Counted from the first letter of the stretch, positions 35,872 through 45,523 are shown. The stretch: DNA of 53,337 nucleotides from a bacterium (GCA_025774115.1 JALGWN010000003.1:1-53337), one strand, 5' to 3'. Made by a program: numbers and translations. The notes: generated by a model not told the origin, from the sequence alone.

Positions 35872-36935
35872 CGCTTGCCGCCTTCATCTCTTTCCAGAAG
35901 AAGGGGGGCCCCACCCAGCTTGGCCGATTCGCAGGCCCGCTCGACCACCTTGACAACCGAGAGTCCGGCACGACCGTCGCTCCTGGGAACGGTCCCATTC
36001 TCTATGCAGTCGACGAAATGCCCACACTCGTACTTGAGCGGTTCCACATCGTTTATCTTGGGCACGATTATGTCTCCGAACCTGTATGCGAGCTGGAATT
36101 CTCCGAATGTGTCATAGTGCGGCTGAATGCTCACGCCCTTATCATACACCCTGATCTTCTCAAGGGTCGACGTATCGTCGTAAACCAGCATCTTCTTACT
36201 CCCAACAAGGGTCGTCCGGCGTATCTTGCATGGATCGAGCCAGCTGACGTGAATATGGGCTATTATGTTGTTGGGGTACTGGAGCACCAGGAACGCCACA
36301 TCCTCAATACCCTCCCTTATGTAGGACTTAGCATACGTGCAGACGGTGATCGGGTCGCAGCCGAACAGGAAGTTCATTATGGAGATATCGTGGGGAGCGA
36401 GATCCCAGATGACGTTTATGTCCTCCTGGAACAGCCCCAGGTTGACCCGAACGCTGCTCACGTAGTAAGTCTCCCCAATCTCCTTGGCCTCAATCAGGTC
36501 TTTCATCTTCTGGACGGCCGCATTGTAGACAAACGTGTGTCCGGTGAAGAGCACAAGGCCCCTCTTATCAGCCATATCGACGAGCTCCTCGGCCTCGGAA
36601 ACCTTGCCGGTCAAGGGTTTCTCCACCAGCACATGCTTCCCCCCCTCCAGGCACGCCTTGGCAAGCGGGTAGTGGGTGGAAACCGGTGTTGCGATAGCGA
36701 TCGCATCCACCTCGGAGTCTTCGATCAGGTCCTGATACCGGCTGGTGATTTCGAGGTTGGGGTACAGAGCCTTCATGTGCTTCAGGCGCTCCTGCTCAAG
36801 ATCACAGCAGTACTTCACCCTCGAGGTCGGCAGCTGATAGAAGTTCCTTGTCAGGTTGGGGCCCCAGTAGCCACATCCTATGACTCCGATTGTGGTCCGC
36901 CTATCCCCATGCTTTGGTGTTCCCTTCTCTGTCAT
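35868..36935 (-). CDS. Gfo/Idh/MocA-family NAD-dependent sugar oxidoreductase, WbpB/WlbA-like
   Basis: Rossmann start IGVIGCGYWGPNLTRNF, EKPL motif VLVEKPLTG. 4-nt overlap with the acetyltransferase gene. Confidence 0.88.
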   Translation of the reverse strand: MTEKGTPKHGDRRTTIGVIGCGYWGPNLTRNFYQLPTSRVKYCCDLEQERLKHMKALYPNLEITSRYQDLIEDSEVDAIAIATPVSTHYPLAKACLEGGKHVLVEKPLTGKVSEAEELVDMADKRGLVLFTGHTFVYNAAVQKMKDLIEAKEIGETYYVSSVRVNLGLFQEDINVIWDLAPHDISIMNFLFGCDPITVCTYAKSYIREGIEDVAFLVLQYPNNIIAHIHVSWLDPCKIRRTTLVGSKKMLVYDDTSTLEKIRVYDKGVSIQPHYDTFGEFQLAYRFGDIIVPKINDVEPLKYECGHFVDCIENGTVPRSDGRAGLSVVKVVERACESAKLGGAPLLLERDEGGKR

Positions 36936-38456
36936 TTAGTACGCTCCTTTCCCGCACAGAACCACCGGTATTGTCTTCAAGATTATCTCTATATCAAGCG
37001 ACAAGCTCCACCGGTTAATATAGTAAAGATCCAGTAGTACCATGTCATGAAACGGGACACTGGACCTACCGCTCACCTGCCATAACCCTGTGATTCCGGG
37101 CTTGGCTTTAAGCCGTCTTTTGTGCCATTCCTTATAGATCGTCAGCTCATACGCGATCGGCGGCCGGGGACCGACCAGGCTCATCTCTCCCTTCACCACG
37201 TTGAAGAGCTGTGGGAGCTCATCCAGGCTTGTCCTCCGGAGCACTCGGCCGATTGGCGTTATCCGGGGATCGTCCGGCATCTTGTATATCTTGCTGTCTT
37301 TTCTCTCGTCCCTGAGTCTCAGCTCTTTGCCCCCGATGAAGTTGGTGGCGTACTCCCTGTGGATGGTATCGTCGATGTTATGCTTCATCGTCCTGAACTT
37401 GTAGAAGGTGAACGGCGTACCGTTCCTGCCCGCCCTTATCTGTCTGAAGAGGACCGGGCCCGGGGAGAACAGCTTCACCAGGAGCGCGATCAGGATAAGC
37501 AACGGCGCAAACGCCACGATAGCGATGACAGATACGGAAAGGTCCACGAAGCGCTTAGCTATGAGCCCGACACCCTTGAGCGCCGGCTCCCCAAGGCTGA
37601 TTCCGGGGAGACCGTCGATCTTCTCCTTTGATTCATCCGGCATCAGAATCTCGAAGATGTCCGATACCAATCTCACCGGGAGTCCTGTGCGCGAACACCG
37701 TGCTACTACATCAAAGCAGATCCTGTTCTCCAGCAGCGCAATCGGCAGAAATATCTCTTCTATCTCGTGGGTGCCGACTATCTCGTCTATGGCATTGATC
37801 CTTCCCAGCACGTATTCCGGACCGAGATCGGAGGCAATCTCACCTTCCCGCGTCTCTATGAAACCCACCACCTGGTAGCCGTTTCTGGCCGGCAGCTCAT
37901 CCTCGATGAACCGGCGAGCAAAAGGTATCGGCCCGACCACCACGGCCCTCTTGGCACCTTCACCATGCCTCATCCGCCTTCTGAGGGCTGTCCTTACAAT
38001 ACCCACACGAATCAACGACGGAAGCACTATACTGAAGATCCATCCGAACGCGACCACAAGCCGCGTTTCCACAAGGTAGTTTCGCTTCCATACAAACGAC
38101 AGGGCCAGGAGCAGCAGGAAGCCGAGGGTAGTGCTCTTCCCTATGGAAAGCACCTGATCCAGGCCGGCTATCACCTTGGCTCTCCTATAGAGACCCTCAA
38201 TGGCGAATATGGCCGTCCAGCCCACGCTGATGGCCACCAGCGGGATCAGGCGGGCGAGGCTGAGATCATATGAGGCGCCGAATAGCCCGGAGCCTATTCT
38301 CAGCCAGTAGCCGAGGAATAACGCAGCGCCCAGAGCACAGACATCGAGAAGCCACAGCACATGGGAGCAACACAGGATACTGGGCTTGCGGGGTGCGGAT
38401 TCGGAGACCGGCCCCACTGCCGGCCCTCTCCGCTCTGTCGTCTGTGCAGGTTCCAT
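36936..38456 (-). CDS. polyprenyl-phosphate glycosyl-1-phosphate transferase (bacterial sugar transferase, WbaP/EpsB-type priming enzyme)
   Basis: N-terminal TM bundle, central Rossmann-like region, C-terminal catalytic domain [25 protein letters not shown]...[21 protein letters not shown]. Confidence 0.9.
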   Translation of the reverse strand: MEPAQTTERRGPAVGPVSESAPRKPSILCCSHVLWLLDVCALGAALFLGYWLRIGSGLFGASYDLSLARLIPLVAISVGWTAIFAIEGLYRRAKVIAGLDQVLSIGKSTTLGFLLLLALSFVWKRNYLVETRLVVAFGWIFSIVLPSLIRVGIVRTALRRRMRHGEGAKRAVVVGPIPFARRFIEDELPARNGYQVVGFIETREGEIASDLGPEYVLGRINAIDEIVGTHEIEEIFLPIALLENRICFDVVARCSRTGLPVRLVSDIFEILMPDESKEKIDGLPGISLGEPALKGVGLIAKRFVDLSVSVIAIVAFAPLLILIALLVKLFSPGPVLFRQIRAGRNGTPFTFYKFRTMKHNIDDTIHREYATNFIGGKELRLRDERKDSKIYKMPDDPRITPIGRVLRRTSLDELPQLFNVVKGEMSLVGPRPPIAYELTIYKEWHKRRLKAKPGITGLWQVSGRSSVPFHDMVLLDLYYINRWSLSLDIEIILKTIPVVLCGKGAY

Positions 38457-39566
38457 CTAGTCCATCTTCTCCAGTACTTCACCAAGCGAATCCGCGACGT
38501 ATTTCTGCTGGTCCTCGCTTATCTCAGGAAACATAGGCAGGGAGAGTATCTCGGAAGTCACTTCCTCGGTTACCGGGTAGCTCCCCTTAGGCTTGTTCAG
38601 TCTCTTGTAAGCGTCCAGAAGATGAAGCGGCACAGCATAGTGCAAGCCGCAGTAGACCTCTCTGGCGGCCAGCTCCTCTTTGACCTTGTCCCTGTTTTTC
38701 ACTCTGATCACATAGAGGTGGTAGACGTGCTTGGCGTAGGGCATCTCCTCCGGAACCACGACATCGAGGTCTGCGAGGAGCTGATTGTACCTCTCCGCCG
38801 CTTCGTGACGCCTTCCGTTCCATTGATCGAGATGTGGCAGTTTTGTACCGAGTACCGCGGCCTGGATACCGTCCAGCCTTGCATTGAAACCCTCCACTGC
38901 ATGACCGGTGGCCCCCGCCCTGCCATGATTGGCCAAGAGCCTGATGCCGTCGGCAATTTCCTTTTCGTCGGTGACCACGATTCCGGCGTCTCCATAGGCG
39001 CCTAGGTTCTTGGCGGGATAGAAGCTGAAGGCCGCTGCCGTACCCAGAGATCCGGCCCTTCTGCCCTTGTATTCCGCACCCTGGGCCTGGGCGGCATCCT
39101 CAAGCACCAGAAGATTATGCTTCTCCGCAATCTCATTCACCGCATCCATGTCCGCAGGCTGGCCGTACAGGTGAACAGGCACGATGGCTTTGGTGCGGTC
39201 GGTTATTGCGCCTTCGATCAGAGAAGCGTCCATGTTATGGCTGCGGGCGTCGATATCGACCGGATTGAAAGATGCGCCCGCATGCGTCACCGCTTCTGTG
39301 GTCGCTATGAACGTATTGGCCGCAGTTACAATCTCATCCCCGGGCCCTATCTCCATCGCCATGAGAGCGAGGTGCAAGGCGGATGTGCCCGAGCTCACCC
39401 CCACCGCATAACGGCGGCCGCAGAAAGCTGCGAAATCCTGCTCGAACTGCTCCACATACTTCCCGCCTACAAAAGCGCAATCCTCCACGACCGACATGAT
39501 CGCAGACCGGATCTCAGGTTTGATCTCACGGTATTGTGCTTTCAGATCAACGAATGGTACCTTCAT
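38457..39566 (-). CDS. DegT/DnrJ/EryC1/StrS-family PLP sugar aminotransferase, WbpE/WlbC-like
   Basis: Start set to ATG 39566 (MKVPFVDLKAQYREIK; GGAG 8 nt upstream). FSFYPAKNLGAYGDAG contains the PLP lysine context. Confidence 0.92.
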   Translation of the reverse strand: MKVPFVDLKAQYREIKPEIRSAIMSVVEDCAFVGGKYVEQFEQDFAAFCGRRYAVGVSSGTSALHLALMAMEIGPGDEIVTAANTFIATTEAVTHAGASFNPVDIDARSHNMDASLIEGAITDRTKAIVPVHLYGQPADMDAVNEIAEKHNLLVLEDAAQAQGAEYKGRRAGSLGTAAAFSFYPAKNLGAYGDAGIVVTDEKEIADGIRLLANHGRAGATGHAVEGFNARLDGIQAAVLGTKLPHLDQWNGRRHEAAERYNQLLADLDVVVPEEMPYAKHVYHLYVIRVKNRDKVKEELAAREVYCGLHYAVPLHLLDAYKRLNKPKGSYPVTEEVTSEILSLPMFPEISEDQQKYVADSLGEVLEKMD

Positions 39567-41064
39567 CCGTAAAGCTCCTTTCACCTTGATGTCTGTTGTT
39601 CCATCCACCTATGGTTGCTCGTTGGTAACCGCCGGCAACGATACCCGCCATGGCCATCGGGAACGCGTTCACAAACTCGAAGAAAGTCGGATTCACGAAC
39701 ATCGCGTTGGTCAGGTATGAGACCAGGATCCCCCATACAACGACCACGAATTCGTAGTCATATATGTCACACGTTATTTTCCGCGCTTTCCACAGCATAC
39801 GGATTACAAGGTAATAAATGAGGCATAAAGGTACAAACCCCACCATGCCGAGCTCGGTAAGAACCAGAAGAAACTGATTGTGCTGTTTGACGTTCTTGCC
39901 CATCCCGGCTGACCGGACGCCCAGAAGCGTGGTTCTCACCTGCCTGACGTAGGCCAGGCGGTTTTGCGCGTACTGATCGAAGCCCACCCCCACGAATGGA
40001 TGGTCGGCGAACATCCTCAAGGACGCCTCCAGGATGACCAAACGGGTGACGGCCGTCCTCTGGGTGGCAAGCCCACCGGCGGCCCGATCCTCGGATGTGA
40101 CGGCTTCCCAATTGCCCATAACAACAAGAACCGCAGCGACTGTGAGCACAATCGCGTATTTCCTGAGCTTCTTACCGAACACTACAAGGACCAGTATGGG
40201 AAGTAAGAAGCCAAGGTAGACCGACCTCGTATAGGTGACGAAGATGCCGGCCGGAGTAATGATGCATAGGATCAACGATGCCAGCTTCGGCAGGAAACCA
40301 CGGAACTTTGACAATGCATACATGCTCAGGAGGAACATGCAAACCATGGCGAACCCGGTAGCCACCGGCTGGAGGAGGGCCCCGACAGGCCTTTGACCGA
40401 AGAATGAAGATCCGGCAACCTGGGGATCCAAAATATACCTGGGGAAAACGAACTGCCGCATCCCGAACCTTTCGAAAAGCATGTTCATGGGAAAATAGAA
40501 CGAAAGCGGAATCGCCAAGAAGCGTACGAGCCTTTGCACATCCCTCTTCCTGACATACACGTTCTTGCACATCATGTAGAGGGAAAAGGGAACCGCGTAA
40601 CCATTGAGCAGCAAGCGTATCCGAGGGATGCCGTAATTGACCATCGAGACTATAATCACTACCACCAAAAACAGCATAATAGCCTCGACTCTCGTTCTCG
40701 GGAGAAGGCGTCTATTCCCAAGAGCGATTTCGAGCAGGAAGGCTACCCACACAAATATGAAGATTACTCTAGGTATGTCAAAGTCGGGTAGCGCACCGGG
40801 CAAAATGATTCTCCAGTAAATATTCAGGAAAATCAGGGAGTAGAAATAGAGAATCAGCCCGTAGGTCATGCTCTTGAGAAGGAAGAGATGTGCCAACATC
40901 AGTGTGTTCAGGAGAACGACCGCGTAGACCATGATCTGAAGGCTGAACCTGGCCTGGGAACCGGCCATGATCCCGATGACGACAGAAACGGCGATCAACG
41001 CGACGAAAAACAGGTTGATCCTGCCGATGTCAAGAGTGCCTGACAAAGACCTCATTTCATCCAC
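39547..41064 (-). CDS. O-antigen ligase/polymerase-like (Wzy_C-type) membrane protein
   Basis: 505 aa with at least 10 TM helices. Periplasmic-loop block HPFVGVGFDQY...HNQFLLVLTELG, typical of the Wzy_C/O-antigen ligase family. Visibly more AT-rich stretches than its neighbours. Confidence 0.7.
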   Translation of the reverse strand: MDEMRSLSGTLDIGRINLFFVALIAVSVVIGIMAGSQARFSLQIMVYAVVLLNTLMLAHLFLLKSMTYGLILYFYSLIFLNIYWRIILPGALPDFDIPRVIFIFVWVAFLLEIALGNRRLLPRTRVEAIMLFLVVVIIVSMVNYGIPRIRLLLNGYAVPFSLYMMCKNVYVRKRDVQRLVRFLAIPLSFYFPMNMLFERFGMRQFVFPRYILDPQVAGSSFFGQRPVGALLQPVATGFAMVCMFLLSMYALSKFRGFLPKLASLILCIITPAGIFVTYTRSVYLGFLLPILVLVVFGKKLRKYAIVLTVAAVLVVMGNWEAVTSEDRAAGGLATQRTAVTRLVILEASLRMFADHPFVGVGFDQYAQNRLAYVRQVRTTLLGVRSAGMGKNVKQHNQFLLVLTELGMVGFVPLCLIYYLVIRMLWKARKITCDIYDYEFVVVVWGILVSYLTNAMFVNPTFFEFVNAFPMAMAGIVAGGYQRATIGGWNNRHQGERSFTDEGTIR

Positions 41065-42568
41065 TCCTCTTCACATACAGGTAAAGCCGTATGCCCGGAA
41101 ACTCAAAGGAGCGGATCAGGACCATGTTGCTGTCGAACCAGCCTTGAATAATGCCTTCAGGATCCGCCCGCCATTCCCGGCAAAGGCTCAACCAAACACG
41201 TTCTGAGGCGTCTGCGATCCCCGCACACCTGGCCGCAATTGTCTCTCGGGACTCCATGTCGCGGGCCCCGAAGATATTGACCTCGGCAAAGTCACCGAGA
41301 TAATGTTTCAGCGGCTGCGTGCCGAAAAAGCCCACTACAGCATCGCCATCGTTGAAGTTCTCTTCTATGGTACGCGCCACCGCGCGGGCATCGTCTTTGG
41401 CATATGTGGGTTCCAGGAAGTAGTTGTACAAAGAGGCCCCCAAGAGGGCTGCGAATACAATCGTAAAGAACCACCATTTGCTCTTGGTGATCACACTTAG
41501 ACCCCGGCCGAGGATCAAGGCGTATGGAGCCACAGAAACAAGAGCATAACGCGGGGTGAAGGCCCTGACGTTCCTCAGGGCAAGCGCCGAGACAGCCACG
41601 ATGGGAACCACCAGCCATACCAGCAAAAGAAACAGTAATTCGGCGTTCTCACGTGCCAGTTTCTTCACACCCACGACCGCCGGGACAGCGAAGATCACTA
41701 TTGCCGCTATCACCCAATGGAGATTCTCAGTGACCACTCTTAGTCCCTCGGTCTGGATAGCCCTGACTGTCGGCCCAAGCGAATAACCGACGCTGTATGT
41801 GAAGAATAAGTATGGGATCGCCAGCACGGAGAATCCCCCCCCACCTATAATCTCCTCTCCGGTATCGGCACCAATCATCCTATCGACATGTGTTCGGAGC
41901 AGGATGCTGCGTACCCAAGGCGAGAAGAACAAAAGGACCACCAGTACCGTCACAATCCATCCGCCTAACAGTCGCCTTTTGGCGGGAAACGCGACCAGAT
42001 ATATGAAATGGGCGACCGGTACGAAAGCGGCAGTCAGATTGGACAGCAATGCCGCCAGAAGAAAAAGCCCATACAGGAAGAGATGGCGATTCCTACGCGA
42101 TGCCGTCCAGCGCACAAGATAGTAAGTCATGATGATGCTGAAGAGCATTACAAACGCGTAGCCCCTGACCTCCTGAGAGTACCAGATCAGGATGGGTGAC
42201 AAAGAGGCGAACAAAGCCGTATTAAGAGCGACCCACCGACCGTTGAGAACTTTGCCCAGCATATAGATCGCACCCACAGATAGAGCACCGGCTATCGCAA
42301 ATGGAAGCCTGAGAAAGATTTCAGCCATACTGGTTGCAGCCCAGAAATGGATCATAATGGAGATAAGCGGGCCCTGCAGATTCCCGAATAGGTCTGTGGC
42401 GCTTATCTTCTCGTTCACCATTGAGTTCTGGATAGTCAACATCTCATCGGTCCAGAGGCTATTGCCTCCGAGTGCGACGAAGCGTAGCACAATCCCGGCA
42501 AGGACGGCAATCAACAGAAATGCGGTCAGCAGTGATTTCCGGCTTGTCGAGCCACTGTTGTATCTCAA
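41057..42568 (-). CDS. GT-C fold glycosyltransferase (GT39/ArnT/PMT_2-like)
   Basis: 503 aa polytopic. First periplasmic loop carries LWTDE (the DE motif of ArnT/PMT-type enzymes). C-terminal soluble domain. Confidence 0.7.
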   Translation of the reverse strand: MRYNSGSTSRKSLLTAFLLIAVLAGIVLRFVALGGNSLWTDEMLTIQNSMVNEKISATDLFGNLQGPLISIMIHFWAATSMAEIFLRLPFAIAGALSVGAIYMLGKVLNGRWVALNTALFASLSPILIWYSQEVRGYAFVMLFSIIMTYYLVRWTASRRNRHLFLYGLFLLAALLSNLTAAFVPVAHFIYLVAFPAKRRLLGGWIVTVLVVLLFFSPWVRSILLRTHVDRMIGADTGEEIIGGGGFSVLAIPYLFFTYSVGYSLGPTVRAIQTEGLRVVTENLHWVIAAIVIFAVPAVVGVKKLARENAELLFLLLVWLVVPIVAVSALALRNVRAFTPRYALVSVAPYALILGRGLSVITKSKWWFFTIVFAALLGASLYNYFLEPTYAKDDARAVARTIEENFNDGDAVVGFFGTQPLKHYLGDFAEVNIFGARDMESRETIAARCAGIADASERVWLSLCREWRADPEGIIQGWFDSNMVLIRSFEFPGIRLYLYVKRSG

Positions 42569-42598
42569 CTGATGCCCCTCCCCCTACCAGGAGCATAG

Positions 42599-43303
42599 CT
42601 ATAACCTGCGGTACAGAAACTCCGGGATCGGGAACTTGCGTTTGTTAAGGACAACCCCCAGAATCTTCCCCCCCCCCCTCTCGATCGTTTCCTTGGCTCT
42701 TCTGACGACCTCCCGCCTCGTGCTCCCGTGTCTTACCACCATGACCACGGCGTCGACCGTATCACATAGAACAGTGGTCTCCGGATTCAAACCCACCGGG
42801 GGTGCGTCAAGGAGCACATATTCAAACCTGTTTCTCAGTGTTGTGATAAACTCGCTGAACCTCTCCTTGTCAACGGTTGCCAGTGATGTGAGGCTCGCCC
42901 CCAGCGGCATAACGTAAAGGTTGGGTACCAGGGTATTGAGCAGGGCCTGCTCGATTCCGATCTCTCCCTTCAGATGCTCGTCCAACCCTATGTCCTCCAC
43001 ACCAAATCGCTGGTGGATCTCGGGGTTGCGAACGTTGCAGTCGATGATCGCCGTCCGGCGGCCCATGGCCCCAGCCAGTGTAAGCCCCAACCCCATAACC
43101 ACTTCCGTAGTCCCCTCTTTTTCCACCGAGCTCGTGAAGAGCATGACGCGCGATGGATGGCGGGGTAGGGCTATTTCGATCTGACCGATCAGCCCCCGAT
43201 AGTAGTGGAAAGCGTCCTGAGAGGCGATCTTGCGGGCGCTTCCCTCGTCCTTGGGCGGTCCGGGCTCGCCTGGCCTATCCACATGTTCCATTCTGTGCCT
43301 CAC
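42599..43303 (-). CDS. BY-kinase/CpsD-like P-loop ATPase with degenerate Walker A and no Tyr cluster
   Basis: Family blocks AIIDCNVRNPEIH (Walker A') and YVLLDAPPVG (Walker B) are present. Walker A reads SSVEKEGTT instead of the usual GxGK[ST]. The C-terminus ...PEFLYRRL has a single Tyr. Confidence 0.75.
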   Translation of the reverse strand: MRHRMEHVDRPGEPGPPKDEGSARKIASQDAFHYYRGLIGQIEIALPRHPSRVMLFTSSVEKEGTTEVVMGLGLTLAGAMGRRTAIIDCNVRNPEIHQRFGVEDIGLDEHLKGEIGIEQALLNTLVPNLYVMPLGASLTSLATVDKERFSEFITTLRNRFEYVLLDAPPVGLNPETTVLCDTVDAVVMVVRHGSTRREVVRRAKETIERGGGKILGVVLNKRKFPIPEFLYRRL

Positions 43304-44745
43304 TATGACTTATTACCGAAACTCCTATCGACTCTCCTGGTCAGCTCGGGCAGACTCCTGATGTCGGGTACCGACCCCAACAGCGGCACGCCCAGATCGT
43401 CTTCCACATCCGCAGCGGTTGTCATGGATTGATCCATGTTGTCCAGCAGGAAGCCGAACCCTATCCCAAGGCTTAAACCCAGCAGAATCGAGAATACAAC
43501 ATAAACCCCTTGCATCTTACCCACCCGGGTCAGATGCGCCGACGCCGGGCTGATCACTTTGGCGTTGGACAGTCTTATGTCATTGGCTTCGGAGGCCATC
43601 GAATCCAGCATCTTCTCCAACATCTTCTCATAGTGCATGTATGTGTAATTGATTTCCCTCGCCAGATGCCTGATCTGTGCAACTGCATCCGGGGTCTGCT
43701 TGAGCTCCTCGGATATTTCCCAGATCGTCGACCGATACCCATACTCCAGCGCCTTAAGGTCCTCAACCAGGAATTCCTTCTCAATCAATCGCCGCGTGAC
43801 CTCTTCGTCGAATCTCGCCTCCATCTGCTCGATTCTCTTGTCGAGCATCCTGACCTCCGGGTTGGTCTCTGTCAGCATGACGGCCTTCTCATCCCGATCG
43901 CTGCGTAGAGCCCAGTACTCCACCATCATCTGCCCCCCGAGCTTCTCGTGTTCAAATTGGGCAAACGGAACCAGCAGATCCGGATTCTCCTCAAGCCTCT
44001 GCTTGTACAACTGCAGCTTCCCCTCCTCGGCTATCCTCTCACTCATTGTTCTTGCCAGCTCGACCTCGATCTCGTTCTTGCGGCCTATGGCCATCTGATA
44101 TTGCCACTCCAGATCGTAGATGCTCGCCTCTTTCCTCATCTCCAGCTCAGCCGCAATAAGGCCGAGCAGTCTGGCCTCAAGCAAGGCAAGCTGATCCCGG
44201 AAATAGTCCTCAATGCCAGTGGAACTCCGCACCCGGATGCGGTGTTCAACATATGCGTCTGCCGCCGCGTTGGCGGCCGCTTCGACGAAGTTGGGCATGG
44301 TACCGGCATATCTGACGAGTATCACATTGGACATCTCAACGGGCGTCGCCGATAGTCCTGCGGCTATGTCACCGATTGTCGGTTCACGCCTGATCACACT
44401 GTCACCGGCGGCCATCTCGAAGTACACGCCATCGTCTTTCAATATCTCGACAGCCCGCGACATGACGTCAACCGATCCTACTATCTCCACCTCCGTGTTC
44501 ATCTCCTCTTCCAACCCGAAGAAAGGTGTCCAGGAGGTCATAAGAGGAGTTGCCCCGGACCTCCGCAGGAAGACTCTCGCGGAAGCCTCATATACAGAGC
44601 TGGTGCGGGAGGCCGCCGTCAGAGTGGCAGCCGCCACGGCCACAGCTACAATGGTAACCGGCACCTTCCTCCTGAATACAACCGCGAGAATGTCGCGTAG
44701 GGAGAAGTGTCGATCGCCGGTGTCACTTCCATTCATGGCCATCAC
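43303..44745 (-). CDS. polysaccharide chain-length determinant (Wzz/GumC, PCP family)
   Basis: N-terminal TM (VPVTIVAVAVAAATLTAAS), long coiled-coil periplasmic region, C-terminal TM (GVYVVFSILLGLSLGIGFGFLL). Stop overlaps the kinase-like start (TAGTG). Confidence 0.8.
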   Translation of the reverse strand: MMAMNGSDTGDRHFSLRDILAVVFRRKVPVTIVAVAVAAATLTAASRTSSVYEASARVFLRRSGATPLMTSWTPFFGLEEEMNTEVEIVGSVDVMSRAVEILKDDGVYFEMAAGDSVIRREPTIGDIAAGLSATPVEMSNVILVRYAGTMPNFVEAAANAAADAYVEHRIRVRSSTGIEDYFRDQLALLEARLLGLIAAELEMRKEASIYDLEWQYQMAIGRKNEIEVELARTMSERIAEEGKLQLYKQRLEENPDLLVPFAQFEHEKLGGQMMVEYWALRSDRDEKAVMLTETNPEVRMLDKRIEQMEARFDEEVTRRLIEKEFLVEDLKALEYGYRSTIWEISEELKQTPDAVAQIRHLAREINYTYMHYEKMLEKMLDSMASEANDIRLSNAKVISPASAHLTRVGKMQGVYVVFSILLGLSLGIGFGFLLDNMDQSMTTAADVEDDLGVPLLGSVPDIRSLPELTRRVDRSFGNKS

Positions 44746-44770
44746 TCCGCATAGAGTCCGAATTGGTGTC

Positions 44771-45523
44771 CTATTCGCTTATTAACGTCTGTCCTTCGGA
44801 ATCGATAACGTTCCGCCCCAGTATGTAGAAGCGCCATGCCGGGCTCAGCTTAAGGAAGAACTGATCCACGAACTTGTCTACTTTCCCGATAGCGGACAGC
44901 GGCACGTATACTATGTCGGCAGGCGCCAGATAGACAATCTCGCTATCTCTACCCCGGATCTTGGCATCAAGATCGATTTTCCTGGCAGCATAACGCCCGT
45001 TGGGGGACTTTCTCATCAGAATCACGCTATTGCCACCGCCCCCCTTCTGGATACCACCGGCCACTGCGACAGCGTCCAGGACCGTCATCTCACCCATCAG
45101 AGGATAGCCACCAGGTTGGCCGACCTCTCCGAAGACAAAGACCCTCTGATTCGCAAACTCGGTAACCAGCACCGCGACTTCGGGTTCCGCCACCACCTCG
45201 GTATAATGAGCCCTTATCAGTTGCTCGAGCTCCACTGGCCTCATGCCGACGGCTTTCACCTCGCCCATAAGAGGGATTGTCACCATACCGTCGGGGCGAA
45301 CCACAGCAATGAAATTGTAATGCGCATAATAGAAGAACTGGATGCTCAAAGCGTCCCCGAGTGTGATCCTGTAAGGCTGCGACTCCGGCAGCCATATCTC
45401 TTCCTGCGCTACTTCTCCCTCGCTGCCACCGGGAGCCAGGTCCGCCTGAGGCTTGGCTCCGGAACCACCGCAGTTGGCCCCCAGGAAAACAGCAAGCAGG
45501 CAAAGGAAAACCAATCTTGTCAC
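44771..45523 (-). CDS. polysaccharide export outer-membrane protein (Wza-like: Poly_export plus SLBB)
   Basis: YRITLGDALSIQFFY...VRPDGMVTIPLMGEVKAVG, then VFVFGEV..PG.YPL. Start set to the in-frame GTG 45523 (GGAGGG SD 6 nt upstream), giving the signal peptide VTRLVFLCLLAVFLGANCGG. Confidence 0.85.
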   Translation of the reverse strand: MTRLVFLCLLAVFLGANCGGSGAKPQADLAPGGSEGEVAQEEIWLPESQPYRITLGDALSIQFFYYAHYNFIAVVRPDGMVTIPLMGEVKAVGMRPVELEQLIRAHYTEVVAEPEVAVLVTEFANQRVFVFGEVGQPGGYPLMGEMTVLDAVAVAGGIQKGGGGNSVILMRKSPNGRYAARKIDLDAKIRGRDSEIVYLAPADIVYVPLSAIGKVDKFVDQFFLKLSPAWRFYILGRNVIDSEGQTLISE

